This document shows, one piece after another, positions 61,865 to 64,000 of a DNA stretch of 64,000 nt (within the stretch, counting starts at the first letter, position 1; every line of letters begins with the position of its first letter). Where the stretch lies: the NCBI GenBank assembly GCA_002816875.1, contig MUCP01000012.1, positions 9,864 through 73,863 of the forward strand, given 5' to 3'. The DNA is from SAR202 cluster bacterium Io17-Chloro-G2 (GTDB lineage: Bacteria > Chloroflexota > Dehalococcoidia > Lucifugimonadales > UBA3495). Below the pieces are notes generated by a model, which had not been told where the DNA came from, searched no databases, and was given only the letters and a program-made list of their open reading frames with translations. Made by a program: the position numbers and the translations under genes.

Positions 61865-62734
61865 TTAAATCCCCTGCCAGTACCGGCGGCCCTCGCGGCT
61901 AACCACTTTGCCTATATGGTCCGCGGGAGCAAAGTGCCCGGCCGCCACGACCGAATCATCCCGTTCCGCCCGCTCTAGCAGATCCACCCGGCTCTTGGCG
62001 CTCAAGTCTTTATCCGTGTCAACTCCGGCACACCAGCCAGGCTCCTGGACCTGGGCTTTGTTATGAAGGACGTCGCCGGCGATGATTGCCGTTTGGCCTT
62101 GGGACTTGATCAATATCGACTGATGTCCCGGCGTGTGTCCCGGCGTGGGAAAGGTGCTCACTTCATCGGTGATGTTGTGTTCACCTTCTATCAGATCCAT
62201 CTTCCGCAGCCGCCGCAAGGGCATCACCTGCAGTTTCACGTGAGGCGCCGAGTCGATGACATCGGCTGCGGTGAAATGGTCCCAATCCAGCTTGGGCACC
62301 AGATACCTGGCCCGGCGGAAGGTCGGAGCGGGCATGCCTCCCTGGTACCGAAGGTTCCACCCCACATGGTCTCCATGGAGGTGGGTATGGACCACTATAT
62401 CGATCTCGTCTGAGGGAGAGATGTTGGTGTTTTGGGTATTGTCCGGCGAGGCCAAGACGGGACGTAAGTTCTCGTACAGATCGCCGGTAACGTTGCCCCG
62501 GTCCGGATGGGGTCCCGGACCCATTCCCGTGTCCACCAAGATCAACTGGCCCTGGGACTTGACCACGAAAACGCCGTAGTACAGTTGCAACTGTCCGTTT
62601 TCCAACGCGTCCTGGTGCTGAGCCCAGTCACCGGCGTTGGTGGTGGGAAACATCATCGACGGTTCCCGGGATGGCGGCACCATGTCTAGCACCGCCGTGA
62701 TCTCCACATTTCCTACTGTGACTTTATCAGCCAT
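61865..62734 (-). CDS. MBL-fold metallo-hydrolase
   Basis: 289 aa. Contains the HTHLHGDHVGW metal-binding motif. Confidence 0.85.
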   Translation of the reverse strand: MADKVTVGNVEITAVLDMVPPSREPSMMFPTTNAGDWAQHQDALENGQLQLYYGVFVVKSQGQLILVDTGMGPGPHPDRGNVTGDLYENLRPVLASPDNTQNTNISPSDEIDIVVHTHLHGDHVGWNLRYQGGMPAPTFRRARYLVPKLDWDHFTAADVIDSAPHVKLQVMPLRRLRKMDLIEGEHNITDEVSTFPTPGHTPGHQSILIKSQGQTAIIAGDVLHNKAQVQEPGWCAGVDTDKDLSAKSRVDLLERAERDDSVVAAGHFAPADHIGKVVSREGRRYWQGI

Positions 62735-62864
62735 CTTTCACTCCATCTATACATGAATTTGAACCCTGGGATTTGACGTTCGGGATTATAATTCCCGGAA
62801 TTACCGTCCGCGATCTCAAGTGCGCGAATTGTTGCCCTTGTTTTTCTGGCCTGCGGATCTCGGG

Positions 62865-63377
62865 TCAATATCTAACCAGAGAAAATAGGTCGTACCCTTT
62901 CAATTGGCTGCGCCCATCCAGGTCGGTAAGTTCGATCACGACGCCTATCCCGGCAATGACCCCTCCGGCCTTTTCCACTAGGCGGGCCGTCGCCGCCAAC
63001 GTCCCCCCCGTTGCCAGAAGGTCATCCAATATCAGCACCCTTTGCCCAGGGGTTAACCCATCCACGTGAATCTCCATTGTATTAGTGCCGTACTCAAGGG
63101 TGTATTCGGTGGAATGGGTGGCCGAAGGTAGTTTGCCGGGCTTGCGCACTGGCACCAGGGGCTTACCCATTCCATACGCCATTGGCGCGCCAAATAGAAA
63201 ACCCCTGGATTCTATCGGCACTATCACGTCGAAATCTGACGTGTTGAAGTGCTCCCGCAGCTGGTCCACAGCGAATGCGAACGCGGCGGTATTTTGAAGC
63301 AACGGAGTGATGTCGCGAAAGAGGATTCCCGGTTCAGGAAAGTCTGGAATATCCCTGATAAAGGACTTTAGCTCCAT
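62865..63377 (-). CDS. apt: Adenine phosphoribosyltransferase
   Basis: ATG 63377 gives MELKSFIRDIPDFPEPGILFRDITPLL. PRPP motif VLILDDLLATGGT. The track start at 63467 is upstream. Confidence 0.93.
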   Translation of the reverse strand: MELKSFIRDIPDFPEPGILFRDITPLLQNTAAFAFAVDQLREHFNTSDFDVIVPIESRGFLFGAPMAYGMGKPLVPVRKPGKLPSATHSTEYTLEYGTNTMEIHVDGLTPGQRVLILDDLLATGGTLAATARLVEKAGGVIAGIGVVIELTDLDGRSQLKGYDLFSLVRY

Positions 63378-63578
63378 CGATAATCGACTCTCAATCACGC
63401 ACTGGGCCCAACATGAGCCATGAATCTGGCTGATAATTGCCGGTTGGGCGGCGCTGATACCATTCACACGCCTCTCAGGAGGCCCCGAAGCAGTGTAAAA
63501 TAAGGGGAGTGGGCCGTCAAGCTAGCCCAAACAGATCAGCCGCAAGAACCGCCTGGGATCTGCCATTCTTAGCCTCAG

Positions 63579-63780
63579 GGCAATCGCGATTTAACCCAGG
63601 CCTTTAGGATGACGCAGCCTCCTGACATCCGGCCCTGACCGTCATTCCGGCGCATGCCGGAATCCAGAGACCTTCTTGAGCACCGAACTTTGCCCATGAG
63701 AACAATGGCACGCTTGACCTCCGGCGTTCGCCGGAGTGACGAAGCTGGGCCAACCGGTCTCATTTAAGACGCGATTGCCC
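63579..63780. mobile_element. MITE-like element, about 202 bp, bounded by 17-bp imperfect terminal inverted repeats
   Basis: Left end gggcaatcgcgatttaa, right end ttaagacgcgattgccc (15/17 complementary). Two internal hairpins: ttccggc-gcat-gccggaa and ctccggc-gttc-gccggag. No coding capacity. Confidence 0.55.
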
Positions 63781-63801
63781 GGTTCTCAGCCCCTCTCACG
63801 A

Positions 63802-63830
63802 TTGACTTTTTACTCCTGAATATTTATAAT
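63802..63830 (+). promoter_or_regulatory. Near-consensus sigma-70 promoter candidate
   Basis: TTGACT (63802-63807), 17-nt spacer, TATAAT (63825-63830). Confidence 0.55.
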
Positions 63831-63860
63831 TTAGGTCGTATCTCAGGCTCCCTGGTGAAC

Positions 63861-63888
63861 CGGCCCCATTACCACGGGGCCGTTTTAT
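63861..63888 (+). terminator. Intrinsic-terminator-like hairpin with U-tract
   Basis: cggcccc-attaccac-ggggccg, followed by ttttat. Confidence 0.55.
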
Positions 63889-63916
63889 AGTGTCTTAGCC
63901 ACCCGGCATCCTCTAT

Positions 63917-63991
63917 GCCCCGGTGGCGCAATGGAAGCGCAGTCGACTTGTAATCGACAGGTTAGGGGTTCGAATCCCCTCTGGGGCTCCA
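63917..63991 (+). tRNA. tRNA-Thr, anticodon UGU, with genomically encoded CCA
   Basis: Hand-folded cloverleaf: acceptor gccccgg/ctggggc, D arm gcgc-aatggaa-gcgc, anticodon arm gtcga-cTTGTAa-tcgac, T arm agggg-ttcgaat-cccct, discriminator t, then cca. Confidence 0.9.
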
Positions 63992-64000
63992 AAATGAACC

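Overview
High-GC (roughly 60% by eye) bacterial chromosomal window with mostly housekeeping genes. No homology search was possible: every product call rests on motifs I could read in the translations, and every structure was folded by hand. The TIGR03662/TIGR03663-type membrane-protein pair and an 11-subunit nuo operon suggest a Chloroflexota-like organism (inference only). Main blocks: gap and eno; nuoABC-(small HicB-like ORF)-DHIJKLMN without nuoEFG (5.6-16.6 kb, minus strand); trmD; a DinG-exonuclease/OGG repair pair; rnc, a TIR/beta-helix gene and ftsY in one plus-strand operon; a four-gene envelope cluster (37.5-45.3 kb); mutS and mutL; a separate NuoE/NuoF/FdsA-like/FNR-like operon (52.5-58.8 kb); apt; and tRNA-Thr(UGU). 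Most notable finds: (1) Three genes are split by the ORF track at an in-frame TGA that falls on a redox cysteine position: DsbA-like at 33663, Spx/ArsC-like U-S-S-C at 48815, and a U-G-S-C-S-S-C protein at 59238. Each has a 6-7 bp hairpin whose G/U-containing loop starts 20-23 nt after the TGA, so they are candidate selenoproteins with SECIS-like elements. (2) A TIR domain fused to right-handed beta-helix repeats is embedded between rnc and ftsY. (3) A dispersed, modular, hairpin-forming intergenic repeat family has at least 8 loci, including two inside the nuo operon, and shows stem covariation around a conserved loop. (4) Smaller items: a multiply frameshifted histidine-kinase remnant, an in-frame 15-nt x6 tandem repeat in nuoC, a 64-aa Tat-signal peptide gene, and a roughly 200-bp MITE-like element. 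I saw no CRISPR array, rRNA, transposase or integrase.
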